The notes beneath the pieces are model-generated. The model worked only from the letters and a program-made list of their open reading frames with translations. It did not search any database and was not told the origin of the DNA. This document shows, piece after piece, positions 14,008 through 27,345 of a DNA stretch of 64,000 nt (its first letter is position 1; each line of letters begins with the position of its first letter). The DNA lies in assembly GCA_951406725.2 (NCBI GenBank), contig OX597819.1, positions 117,676,001-117,740,000 on the forward strand, given 5' to 3'. This DNA is from Octopus vulgaris (Eukaryota). The translations under genes were made by a program, and so were the position numbers.

Positions 14008-14013
14008 TGTGTG

Positions 14014-14100
<87 letters not shown>

Positions 14101-14101
14101 T

Positions 14102-14171
<70 letters not shown>

Positions 14172-14300
14172 CATGTGTGTGTGTATGAGTGTATATACGT
14201 ATGTATATATATGTATATATAAATAGAGAGAGAGATAGAAACGTGTATATATATATATACATATGTATATATTTATGCGTTTGTGTATATGTGTATTCAT

Positions 14301-14337
<37 letters not shown>
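14008..14337. repeat. (TA)n-dominated microsatellite
   Basis: Seen directly. Confidence 0.95.
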
Positions 14338-14339
<2 letters not shown>

Positions 14340-14395
14340 CTTAAATCCTTAAAAATGTTTTAGCCCGAAGGCCGCGGCCATGCTGGGGCACCACC
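14338..14395 (-). mobile_element. Extremely 5'-truncated LINE/SINE 3' end
   Basis: Minus strand ggtggtgccccagcatggccgcggccttcgggctaaaacatt followed by a repeated tttaagga tail. Homologous to the family A tail and to the LINE tail at 35188-35260. Confidence 0.7.
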
Positions 14396-15039
14396 GTATA
14401 TGTGCGTATATGTGTGTGTGTGTTTATATGCATCTGTATGTATGCAGGTAGTTATAAACATATGCTGGTGTACATGTTTATATATAAGTAGCCACAAATG
14501 TATACACTCAATCCCCCCACACACACACACCGAAACACATACGCACACATATATGAATACAGTATATGTATTTATGCATTGCTGAGTGTATACATATGCA
14601 AGTAGGAATGGATAAATGGGTATCTTTGTTTATGCGCGTATGTTCACGTATATGCAACAGGATGTCTGCAGTAATTCTCTCGTAAGAATCTATCAAATTA
14701 CTGCCCCCTTTGGCTTGCACCCTTCTCGCGTATGTTAGACTTGTACATTTTTTTATAATAATATTACTATCGATTGTTCTAACCGACTTCATGCTGTGTC
14801 TAATTCCATATGCAAATTGATCGAATTTACATAATTTTATTAGTATATCGATTACATCATCCGTCATGTTTATGCGCTCAAGTCAGCGATCACTCGAACC
14901 CACGCATATGACACTAAGATTCACTTATCTTTAAATCACCTAAAAATGCTTTATCTACATGGAACTCAGGTACTGCAAGCGCGACTTGCTTTCGTTCTAT
15001 CAGCAGGAATCTCGAAAGAATATGCTAAAGGAGTGACAA

Positions 15040-15143
15040 TATAGGTGAAGTATGTGGTAAGAAGCTTGCTTCCCAACCACATGGATCCGGGTTCAGTTCA
15101 ACTGCGTGATAAGTTGGGCAGGTGTCTTCTACTATAACCACAG
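15040..15143 (+). mobile_element. SINE family A head fragment
   Basis: tgtggtaagaagcttgcttcccaaccacatggatccgggttcagttcaactgcg...gtgtcttctactata. Confidence 0.75.
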
Positions 15144-15777
15144 GTCTTTTTGATACGACTCTATACTGTTTTCTACCTTCTATAATTCCTTTTTTCTACC
15201 CCTCCCTTTTTCACCGCTGTCTGTGTGTCTCTCCCACTCCCTTTTTCTCTTTTTTCTCTCCCGTTGCTCACTCGTAACCATCGTCCATCTTTCGCTTCTT
15301 CCCACGACCATCTTTCTTTTTCCGACACGAATAACAGAACCTTTGTTTCCTCTTTCTTCTATCTTTTCTCCTTTCAAAGATAATATTTCTCCCATCTTTC
15401 ACTATTTTCCGTTCGTTCTTGTTCTCCATGCTTGTTTTTGTTCGGTTTCCTTGTATGTCTCCAATGTTTCGTTCCCAAATTTGACCCTCTGTAATTCCTA
15501 AGTTCTATTTTAGTTGTTATGGGAGCAACAGTCTTCGAAGACACATAATCTCGATGAATGGTCAAAAAGGAGGAGTAGATAGACAGCCAACAACTGAAGA
15601 ACGGTTGTTTCTCTGTTTACTGTTCCTGTTTTCCATATTTTTCTCTCGTTGTTTACATAGTTAACTTTTTTGTCTACGCATTTCATTTACACAGTTCGTG
15701 ACGTAATGTACCCATATATGCATACACACACATGTATGTATGCATATATATTCACGCATACATCCTAATTTACGGTA

Positions 15778-15837
15778 AATCTCACTGACGATGGCTGAGC
15801 ATTAATTGCAGGGCTAGAAATTGATAGATATGGGATT
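15778..15837 (+). ncRNA. Type I hammerhead ribozyme motif
   Basis: Stem I AAUCUCA/UGGGAUU, core CUGACGA (15785-15791), stem II UGGCU/GGCUA, GAAA (15817-15820), stem III AUU-GAUA-GAU, cleavage triplet AUA (15828-15830). Confidence 0.7.
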
Positions 15838-18800
15838 ATCTGTTTATTATTTGTGAATTTTATTCACAAAAGGTACGCTAATTTATTTTGGCTCATTTCC
15901 TCTCTTTTACCTGTGCATATGAATGATTTAAGTGGCCTAGAATCCTTTTGGCTGTCTATTTCTTTCATGCTGGTACTTTTCTCAATACCTTTCATACTAT
16001 TATCTGATTATAGACATTTACCTGTGTGTGTGTATGCCTATCATATATATAAATGACTAATATGAAATATGAACTAGAAGAATCGGGAAGCTATGATATG
16101 CCCTGTGAACACACATTTGTATGCGTGTTTGTGTGTGTGCGTTTGTGTGTATGTGTGTTTGTGCAGACCCGCGTATGTGTGCGGATACTGTACTTAAAGA
16201 TTCGTCATATCACGGGCAAGCAACCACACTATTTGATTTGCGCGTAATTCTTTACTAGTATTTCATCTATATATATTGCATATCTATGTTGTTCTTGGTA
16301 ACATGATCTGCACGTTAAAAAATACAATAAATAAAACTGCGCACAGATCAGAGTGCATTTAAAAGTTTTTGCAGACAAAATTGAACATGTATATTGTATG
16401 GTAAAAATGTTCTTCATATATTCAGAATTTGATTAACATTTAAAACGAAACGTTAGTGTCATTTCCAGTGTAGTACAATGTTTACATTATCATCGTAACT
16501 TTAGCACCTTCATACCGCTTTCATCTACAGTTTCATGTCTGGAGTTTAGGTCTGGTCATCTAATATATATAAATTATATGTTTGTGTATATAAAGTAGTT
16601 CTATATGTATGTGTGTGTGTATGTTTGAGTACATGATTGTCGTATGTACCTATTTTCGTTTCTTATTCAGTACCCATGTAACAAAATATGTATATGAATC
16701 TGTATGTTATTTTACATTGAAATATACACAACCCATCCATTCGCATTTATATTATTTGCGATTAGGTAATCTCTTTAAAAAACAAAAAGAAAACAGACAA
16801 TATCAGAAGGTGAGTGGAACGAATGCAGACAAACACACCATACTTGATTTATGCACCAAGAATATATTATATTTTATTACATTTCGTCATGCTTACGGTG
16901 TATATCCCTAAACTAAATTTGAACTGTGACATGCAGTAGCAAAATATTCAGAGATTTCCTAGCACAGGTGATGGTTCGTCCATCCAAAGATATTCTAGAA
17001 AAACAACAACACAAAACGTTGAATGGTACACTCACTTTAACTTTTGATATTTACTCTTTATAAAAATATTTTGATATTACCTTTTATCCAGAATGTGAAC
17101 ATGAACGCACACAATATATTCAACTGAAGTATTCGTATTTCTCTGACCTGTCACATTTTACGTATACATATTTCAATATATGATTACATTTTCTCGAAAA
17201 AAAGTCGTTGGTGACTAAAAATAGTTACCACACTCTGTAAAAATATCGCCTAATCAAATACTAGCATAGCGTTTCAATACATTTCTTAAAGAGAGGGAAG
17301 TATTATTTTGAAAGCTCAGTGAAGAATATTGAAAGATTTTCTGTAAAGGATCATAAAATTCTATCCGTACCAACCGATGAAAGAGAAGAAATATAATCTC
17401 AAATAATCCTCGCTATAAAAATATTCTAAAACTTGTCAAATAATAAAATGTATTTATTATATGTCATTTAAAAGGCAGATTATTTTTTCAGAAATTATAA
17501 TTCTTTTAATGTACAACATTCCTCAGATACGTATCCAATTCCATTTTATTAAGTATAATGTATGTTCAGAAAGGATAACAAATTAATCTCGCATACGGAA
17601 ACTTTGAATCCACTTGCATTAAAGGACACGCCGTATCTCATATTTATTATATCAGAAATATAATTGCAATCATATTTATGATAATGCACTGCCCTATGAT
17701 ATTTAAAGGTCACACTACACTGGTGCAATTTTAAATGCGTTAACATTGATCGTTATTATAAATTGGTTATAAAGCATAACATTAATTTATACGAACATTA
17801 TTGAGACAGAAATCTATGAGAATTCCCAGTCGTTATATACTAAGGCAAATGTTAGTGTGTCCAGAGTTTCTTAATGTGTAGCGACACTTAAACAGAAGCA
17901 AAATAGTATTCTATGCCATATTTGCAATGCTAATAGGTGCCATGTAATTGAAAAAAGTGCAGCCTGATACAATTATGCTGTTCTGTATACATGTAATCTA
18001 ATGTTTGATAGTACAGTGTTTTAGATTACAATAATAAGTTCAATTACTAGTATTTTATTCGCATTGGCGAGAAGCGTGCTTTAGAGCGCTGCATATATTT
18101 ATAAAATTTATTTTGTGTCAACCCTATTCGAAAAATATGTATGGCTCCATAGCTAAATTATATTCTACAGTAAACGAATTTTTGTACAAAGAAAAAAAAA
18201 CTGTTCTCGATTATCATTATGAATTATTAATAATTCCACAGGAATATATTATACTACTAAATATATTATACTACTAAATCTCGATATTAGATCAAAATGC
18301 CATTGAAAAGATTTCAAAAGTTCTTGACTCATTCTTTCTCAACCTCGACAGCTTTTATTAAATATAGTTTTCTGCTTCTTTTTGCACTACATCATCTGAC
18401 AAATATTCACCTACAAGTTCTGTGTAGCAAGCGTAAGTCATATCTATTTGAAAAATAGACTTAACTACTAATGTTCGAACCCAATATTTTTTCCATAGCC
18501 AAACATCAGAGAAACACTTTCAAAACGTACATAATAATATGCTTCCTGGACACTCTAAATGTATTAATAAGAAAAGCAAAGGTTACAATATTCTTAAGCC
18601 CTAACGCTAAAACAGGTTTGAAGTAAAATCTTTACTGACATCAATATTATTGTTAAGATCCATATCTTTGTGTCTAGCTATCATAGTTGTCTTGTTATTA
18701 ACCCAAAAGTTAATGTAGTACACATTTGATGACATGATATGCTAATACATGCTCTTTTCAATAATATGTGCAGCACATAAACCGCTAATATCTCAGTTAC

Positions 18801-19226
18801 GCATGTCGACACGACCTTTTGTTCCACTGTAACAAAAATAAAAATATTCTCGAAAGTGCTTGCGCGAAGAGTGCAAAATATGACGTCAAGCTTTAAACAT
18901 TAATTGTTCAAATATGTAAATATTTGAGCATTAAATTTTCAAATATTTAAATATTTGACTCATACAGTGTGTATGCTTTTAGCATACACATTGTATATTG
19001 CATATACATTGAAGAAATGTAGATATATGCGCATACTAGCATTGTCCTGTGAAACACAATTGAGTTATGCGTATTTATGAATAACCAGTCTTTCATAGGA
19101 CTGCATTATTATTCAAGGATGAAACTGAAAATTTTGAATTAAAACCTTTGTTAATACTATACACATTATCAATGTCACATGAATAGAGTACAATTTTTGT
19201 TTACACGCTCATCAGATGCAGAGCAA

Positions 19227-19665
19227 AGTGTTAAAAAATATTGAATGTCTGAGACCAAGCGAGGCAACTCGCTCCGAGAGTGAAACTGACCGGCAGCGTA
19301 TCTGAACAGAGAAAAAAGCTACCGCAATATCTATTTCTTTACTACCCACAAGGGGCTAAACACAGAGGGGACAAGCAAGGACAGACAAACGGATTAAGTC
19401 GATTATATCGACCCCAGTGCGTGCGTAACTGGTACTTAATTTATCGACCCCGAAAGGATGAAAGGCAAAGTCGATCTCGGCGGAATTTGAACTCGGAACG
19501 TAGCAAAAGACGAAATACGGCTACGCATTTCGCCCAGCGTGCTAACGTTTCTGCCAGCTCGCCGCCATAAAAAGCTACCGTAATATCGATATTCACCGTT
19601 CTAGTTCACATTCGCAGCGGCAGTTAGTCACTCCTACCCTGAGACATTCAGTGTTCTTTAACACT
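19227..19665. mobile_element. Fold-back MITE-like palindrome interrupted centrally by SINE B
   Basis: agtgttaaaaaatattgaatgtct is inverted with agacattcagtgttctttaacact, and gagtgaaactgaccggcagcgtatctgaac is inverted with gttcacattcgcagcggcagttagtcactc. Confidence 0.6.
19332..19568 (-). mobile_element. SINE family B, full length
   Basis: Matches 1924-2155. TSD aaaaagctaccg(c/t)aatatc at 19313-19331 and 19569-19587. Confidence 0.92.
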
Positions 19666-22546
19666 CAAAGTCACGAGGAAAGTTTTCTCAGGCCGCTCCC
19701 CTGCAGCAGATTAGCATATAAAGAAAACACATACGCTCTGTATGTATCATCAATAATGTTTACTTTTTTAGCGCTGCTTTTAATTTAAAATTTAATTTTC
19801 ACATGGCATCAGCAAATAGCCTTTTACACTATTTGCATATTTGTATCAAAATAGCAATACTCTTCCTTTCGAGGTGTGTTGAGTATGCACCTATGAACCG
19901 CTCAAACTATATAGAAATATCTATATACCTTCACTCTCGTAAGGGATGATTCCCAAAACGTTATATCGTCGCGTATAAAAATCAACTTACACTTTCTTAG
20001 TGCCGTCGATAATAATTGGAAATATTTAGTTATATTTGTATAACTTCATCAAATTTCAACATATTCAAATGAGTGTATAATCTACATATCAATTAGGAAC
20101 TAAAAAATTTTAATAGTAGCAATTATTAAGATGATATATTATTTTCATTACCTAAACACAAAACCAATTTCATTATGTATCTCGTTTGAGAATTTATGAA
20201 CATTTTACTGTAAAAAAATATTTCCAGTAAATACCTGCGATTATTTCTACACTCTCTAATTTGACGAAATTTATATCCACCTTGATGAAATATAATGTAG
20301 TGTACTTCAATAACTAAGTGCGTGACAAAATTTTGCATCATATTTAGATACTACATTTTTAAGAAATGAAAATGCATACTGCTCCTTCCAGATGACAAAC
20401 ACTTTTATAATCGCACGCACATCCATATAGACAAGCGCTTGCACACGGCGTAGAAGAGGGGAACAAATTTTGTGCTGAACTTATATGCAGATTACTATAA
20501 TCTTTATTCCACAGATATTAATTACATGTGGAAGGACTTGAGTAAATACTCCTAAGTAAAAAAAAAATGTTTCAATATATATATGAGTGCTTATGTATGT
20601 ATGTACGTGCGAGGGGAATCTAATTTAATTAACCCAACTTAAACAAATAAGTTGCTAATACTTCCTAATTCTATTCTAAGTTTAATAAGTAATGCTACTC
20701 CCTTAATAATAATATAAGGAATTTTCACTATGATTTTCACTATTTTTTAAATAAAAAATACTCTCACACCTTTTACTATAGAAATTAATTGACCTCTAGG
20801 TATAGACCTAAAGTCTGTCTTACAATGCATAAACATTTGTATAAATAGGAAAAATAATAAATAAATAAATAAATTACCTCCTGTTCTAGTATTGCACTTA
20901 AACCTCTTAATGTATTTTCCTCTACTGATAGCCTTTGACCCCTTTGATACTTTCTTTTGTTCTCTTTATATTCTTATATCTGCTTTTAACTCTGTAGGAT
21001 TGGCAGTTAACAGCTGTATGCTGGTCAAATGTAATGTTCTCTTTTATAAATCTCAGATTCCTGCAACTCTGACATAGATTTTCTGTCACCACAGAAATAA
21101 ACTATTATTTGTAGGTTGTGTACTTACACCCTTCCTCTGATTTGTCCCATAATGCCCTATTTGGCCGGTTTTCTACTTCACTAATTTCTTTTAGCCAATA
21201 TAGTCAATCTCTTCTTCCAACATAGAAGTTTTGTGAAATGAACAGAAATGTGATCAGCATCTTCTTAAATATAAGGAAATTACATCTACATTATTATGGA
21301 TAAATTCATCGTCTCTGAGTATGAAATATCTCCGAAAATTACACCTGCATTATTATGGATGGATTTACCTTTTCTGTGAAGCTAACAAACTTTTTTAAAA
21401 ACATTTTATAAAACTGTTCATCATTAGAACATTTTTAAAGTCTGCTTACAATCTAACTTTGCTTTTTATAGAACTCGATACTTCATGAGTGTAGTCTCAC
21501 CCCCTAGGATGTTTGGAAAACTCATATGTGTTTTGGCTGATGAATACGGGACACTTGTATTTGCTGCAATAATTGCAGCTTTTAATAAAGCTGTTCTTCG
21601 TATGAAACAATTGTACTGAACAACTAATCCATTCTTGTTGGTTTTTTTCTTGTTTAAAATCACCCCACATTATTTTATGGTTAATACCATATAGATTTCT
21701 GGTGCATCTAAGATAAGTACCGCATTCATGTGAATTCATTGGAAATCACTTGAATCTTAATTGTTTATATATATATATATATATACATATATAAATGTGT
21801 GTGCATGGGCGTGTGTGTGTATGTACATTCTCTGCTCACTATACATTAATAGTTCATGTGTGGCGCCAAAACACTTAAATGTGTATGATAGTTTTTGTAA
21901 GATATATATTTTCGAATATGATTTGAGAAGAAATATAACTTTTTATCCAAGTGTCATATGAGTAATATATCCTGCACATGTATATACTTTCACACATACA
22001 GGCATTCGCTCATTTCGTCGCTGATTTTGTACCATCACTTTCGTGTATATATATTTACATATCCTTAAACAAATTCTATTATGTTCGATTACGGTCTGTT
22101 ACTACTGAACTTGTTTATGCTATTCAATTGGTTGGCGCAATCCCATCTATACAAGTACATTGGGTAACTTGATGGAGATCAATCTGGCTTGAATTAACAT
22201 TTTATGTCTTCAAGGTCACGTTGAAAATTTGGCATGGCACATTCTCTCAACATGCTCAATTAAATGGAACCAATTACAGCATCTTCAAAAATAAAGGCAT
22301 GGTTCAAGCAACTATTTGAGGATATACCGCACTGTAGCGTAACTTCCGTTCACTAACCATGATGATCCTCCGTAACATGTTGAATAGAATTTTTCAAGAA
22401 AGTGCAATTCTGGATGTTAATTACGACTTGCTTTTTATTATAAAATGTAAATCTAATGTAAATTATTTCAATTAATTTTCCATATTATTTCGACATAATA
22501 TCATCGTCTATTAAATCGATTGAATGTGTTAGCATATCTTGACAAG

Positions 22547-22582
22547 AACGTTAATGATAAAATTACCATAGCAGTTAAAACA

Positions 22583-22623
<41 letters not shown>

Positions 22624-23676
22624 GGGGGGTGTATGTGTGTATGTGTGTATGTGTGTATATGAAAGCAGGTTTGAAAATGCAGTTTGACCGGTTATATATA
22701 TAGGGAGAATTCACAAGAAACAAAAGACGAAGACAGGTGGTGTAGACAACAAACATATGTATTAGTATAACGCTATATATATACATATACACATTTTGTT
22801 TTAACTGCTATGAGAATATTATCATTAACGTTCCCATTACACCCACATCCCTTACATTCACTTACACATACACCAAATCTACCTCCATCTACCGCCTATC
22901 CACATAGGCTACATCTACCCCCACCCTCAGTCTAACCCACACCTCACCCTTGCTTTCCCGAGTCTCGCTCTCCCTACCTCCCAACACCATCACACACTAC
23001 TACCCCTTACACCATCATACCACATAACGCATCACATCACAACACACCACCACGCACACATCAGCACTGACCACTTCCGAGACCCGCATTTTCACACATA
23101 CACATAGGCACGCTTCAAGGTCACCAGACTTCTTTCACACGCACGTAAAACTCTCTTATACACACGCACGAGCACCTACGTTTTGGGATCACCACTGCTT
23201 TATTATCTCCTCTTCTCCCTAGATCTACTGTGTTACCCTTCTGTCTGGCATTTGCCATGGTAGATCGCAAGCCACTACACATTCTTTATTTTGCCTCCTT
23301 GTTTCTTTCTGTGTTCCTTCTGTGGAGAGCATAGGATCGAAACGTTAAAGACTTTTTCACTTCTCGAGCGAACACCACCTGTCTTCGTCTTTTGTATTTT
23401 TTCTGAATTCTCCCTATATATATAACTGGTCAAATTGCATTTTCAAACCTTCTTTCATATATATTTCCACTCGTGCGGTACCTTACAACATTACTTTGTT
23501 TTATATATATGTATATCATCGACCCTATCACATCACTGATTCCTTCGCCTGCACTTCTAACAATATCATCTAATGCATCTCCTTATATATATATATATAA
23601 AACAAAGTAAATTTGTAAGGCACCGCACGAATGGAAGTATATATGAAAGAATGTTTGGAAAAGCATTTTGACCGGT
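22547..23676. mobile_element. Rearranged PLE-derived region with nested inverted repeats and a degenerate hammerhead
   Basis: Inverted pairs 22547-22583/22796-22832, 22659-22743/23372-23459 and 23425-23508/23595-23675. Degenerate core ctgtggagagc...gatcgaaacgtta at about 23320-23347. HITDSFACTSNNII*CIS peptide at about 23530-23582. Confidence 0.6.
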
Positions 23677-24863
23677 TTCAGTTTTTTAGAAAAATATTGC
23701 AAAAAGTAAAATGTAAAGCTTTGTATAAGCTTTGTTGTGTTAAATACTGGTTGTCACAAAAGTTTAAAATACAGTTATACATTATTTGATACTAATAAGA
23801 AAATGTTTAAAACGGTTTACAAGAAAGTATTTAAGAAAGTAATCAGAACGGGACTCCAAAAAGTTGAGTTCAATAAAAATCATGTTTGTTTGATAGTATA
23901 TATATATACACTAAGAAGGAGATATTTTAAAGAATTTACAAAAGGTTGTCAAGGAATAACTGACCTTTCTGACATTTTCTCATGTGTGTAGCAAACACAC
24001 ACACACACGCGAAGAAACACATACACAAATGCGCCCACATAACACTCAGACCAATGCTATTCACACACATACACACACACCACAAGGACAATTATAGCAA
24101 CACATACATACTCAGACAGAACTCACACACATACACACACACACACACACTCACCGGTGAGTTTGTTAACTTATAAGGCACCAAAAGAGAATGACTCTCC
24201 CCAGACTCAGCAACATATATATATATATAGGAATATTTTCATACACACATAGATATACAAGCGTATACATGTGGACGTGTATGTTGAGGAATGTAAAATG
24301 TTTCTAAGTGTAACTGTATTAATGTGGCAGGCTATACATCACAGATATCATTTAATACCATGGAACATTTTCAGCCTCTAACGTCAGGAGACATCTACAA
24401 TATTTCGGTGTCTATTGAATTTGTCAGACGTTGTTGTGCTAAAAACTTTTTATCATTTCGCCTCTCAATACACAGAAGATATTGACAACAAGATTCTTTG
24501 AAATATAAATACATCATGAACGTAGGAATATATGTAGCAGTGACTTTACATATATCAAATGATAAGAAAAATCTGTCACATAAAGATAATGAAGTATATA
24601 TATTCAGAGTGATCTGTAGTGCCTGAATATAATAGGTCAGGATACTTAAATATATGGCATGAACTATATAGTACACTGGCGCAATTCAACATTCGATGCA
24701 CAATACTAATTCATTTGTGTAAGATATTTTGTCAGTGAAAGTGGACATTGATACCATATGTATGTGTGTCTGTACGTGTCTGCGTATGCGTATGTTCATG
24801 CAAGTGTCCATTTATTGCATTTGTATATATCTACACATAAATACTTATATATACCTATGAACA

Positions 24864-24918
24864 TCTATCAATCAATCTATCTATCAATCTATCCATCCAT
24901 CCATCCATCCATCCATCC

Positions 24919-24960
<42 letters not shown>

Positions 24961-25005
24961 TTATCTATCTTTATCCATCCATCTATCTATCTATCTACCT
25001 ATCTA

Positions 25006-25062
<57 letters not shown>
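24864..25062. repeat. (ATCC)n/(ATCT)n followed by (TA)n
   Basis: Seen directly. Confidence 0.95.
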
Positions 25063-25067
<5 letters not shown>

Positions 25068-25168
25068 TTTGTATATACGTATGTATATATATGTATATAT
25101 ATATATATATACGCATGCATAAATAATCATACATATGTGTATAAGTATACGTATGCCATCTCCTCCAA

Positions 25169-25220
<52 letters not shown>

Positions 25221-26307
25221 GTGTGTGTATGTGTGTTTGTTTTATCCAATAGAGTTGTTTGATATTATTGGTCCTGGCATATGCATCATACGTATATAAC
25301 TATCTATCGCTTTTAATTTTTTAAGATAATCCTTTTGTTGTTTTGCTGAAAGTACCAAGCTTGTCGAAAACTATTATCGCACATGTTTCTCTCTCTCACT
25401 CTCTCTCTCTCTCTCTCTCTCCGTACGATATATTACAATCACCTTTAACATTTTGACTTACACTCGAAAAATACCGCAGTTTGGCCTTTAACATATATAT
25501 TCCTTCGCAAGGGAAACGAATGAATATACTTGATTAATTACGTAGATCAGTAAATGTAATAGTACTTATCGAAACAGTACATATCGGTAGACGTATAGGA
25601 GGTCAAACGTGTTTTCAAGGACCGTATTCACGCGAGATTTGGAAAAAGTAAATATTTCATTATTAGCAGAGAGTATGTTTGCGTTTTGGGTGCCTATGTC
25701 GCGTGAGAGTAAATCCCTATAAGGCAATGCTTTCCACACATGAATATGCTACTGCTATATATTTGCAATATTGCTATAAGCATTTTCAGTATGTTTCGCC
25801 CGATCAAGTTATATGATTGTTTAAACTGCTAGTTTAAGATACGCCTTGATCGGAAAGATGTGCTATGTAGAAGTATTGCTATATATTCAAGATTGCAGGT
25901 AACACAGGCATTATTTAGGCCTACGACCTCGAATGTAGCCTTATGTATATTAAGCAGGGTACAGTGTCGCTTCAAGTTTTTGTTTTTGTTTTTGCTATTT
26001 CTAGTATTTCTGAAAACCCTGTAGACATTTTCTTATAGTTAGCATACTTAAATGGGACCAATACTTTTGTGGTCCACCAATATTTCTAGTCATAATTACA
26101 AATCATTTTAGGATGATGAATCAAGGCGTGTTAATTATTAACATAGCCTTGTCATTATATCTTGAAATTATATTTGTGTTCTGATAGTCTATGACAGCCC
26201 TTGCATAGTCGTAATGGAATTTTAGTTTGTAGAAATACCACGGATAACTTGTCCAAACGATTCTGAAGCCAAAATGATGAGGAAGTGGCATCAACAGTAT
26301 ATATCTA

Positions 26308-26858
26308 TTGGGTTGTCCAGAAAGTTCGTGCCGAGTTATAGTAGCTTACATTTAGATTTATTTAGAACATGGTTGAGTCCATAAAATAGGATTTTATGCA
26401 CCTTCATTTAGAGCACTGTTTAAACTGTCTTTTCGTGCAAGAAGGTTTATGTTCCTATAACCTGTGTTAATTCTGAATCCCTTTAAAGTAGAAGATAAGA
26501 AAGTTCATTTAGGCACTTAATGTTTTGAGATCCAGACAAAACTTTTTTGCAGCTCGGCTGGGGTGTGTTACTCCACCCTCCATATTCACCAGGCATTGCT
26601 CCTTCGGATTTCTACTCTGCATAATAGTCTTAATGGTAAAAATGTCAATTCCTTGAATGACGTAAAAATAGATACCTTCATGAATTATATGCCATGAAAC
26701 GGCCTCAATTCTGGGAAGAGGGTATTTTCAAGTTAAAGGAAAGATGGAGACGCATTGTGCAACAAAATGGTTCATATTTGGTTGATTAAACATGGAATGG
26801 CAAGTATTTATTGACCTTTTTCTCTCCTTTCAAAATCGGCACGAACTTTCCGGACAAC

Positions 26859-26862
<4 letters not shown>
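26308..26862 (+). mobile_element. Internally deleted mariner (Tc1/mariner) transposon
   Basis: About 27-bp TIRs ttgggttgtccagaaagttcgtgccga / tcggcacgaactttccggacaaccaaa, flanking TA, remnant peptides HPPYSPGIAPSDF (cf. YSPDLAPSD) and FWEEGIFKLKERWRRIVQQNGSYLVD*. Confidence 0.92.
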
Positions 26863-26918
<56 letters not shown>

Positions 26919-26919
<1 letters not shown>

Positions 26920-27345
26920 TCAAACCACTAAATAGTTGTAATTCGCGGTGGATTTTGAAAATTTAGAGCATATAGACTGGAGGCGTCCTTGCCGTCGCCT
27001 CGTGGACATATACTCGTCCTCGGCTTCTCTGCTGACGAGACACGCCAGTTGTAAATAAATTTAATTTAATTTAATTAATTTGTTTACAAGTTTGTCGAAA
27101 CTATGCATAGTCCAGAAATGAAAAGAGTAAATGTTTTTATTTCTCTTTCAATTTCAGAATTACAACTATTTAGCGGTTTGAGTTTGGCTGCTCTTTCTAG
27201 TGAGTCGAATGGCCTATTATGGCCATTCCTTATATTGTTGAATGTATATTATATAGTGTTTGACTATCTTTTCTCTCTCACTAGACCGCTGGTAGCGGAG
27301 AATTTTTTCTAGAATTTTTTTGCTACCCTTATATTTATTAATTAT
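26919..27345 (+). mobile_element. Non-coding hammerhead-bearing element (PLE pseudo-LTR or retrozyme-like) between (TA)n tracts
   Basis: Contains the hammerhead at 27028-27116. Its 3' part (27186-27345) is homologous to 39025-39198. Confidence 0.65.
27028..27116 (+). ncRNA. Type I hammerhead ribozyme with canonical core
   Basis: Stem I UCUG/CAGA, CUGACGA (27032-27038), stem II GACA/UGUC extended by a long AU-rich hairpin, GAAA (27097-27100), stem III perfect palindrome ACUAUGCAUAGU, GUC triplet at 27110-27112. Confidence 0.85.

Noticed and set aside
14508-14867. 119-aa minus-strand ORF (MTDDVIDILIKLCKFDQF...)
   Set aside because: No recognisable domain or convincing splice context, and it runs into low-complexity sequence.
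20880-21750. Possible LINE ORF1 zinc-knuckle remnant with a 59-bp tandem duplication
   Set aside because: The Cys/His spacing cannot be reconstructed with confidence.
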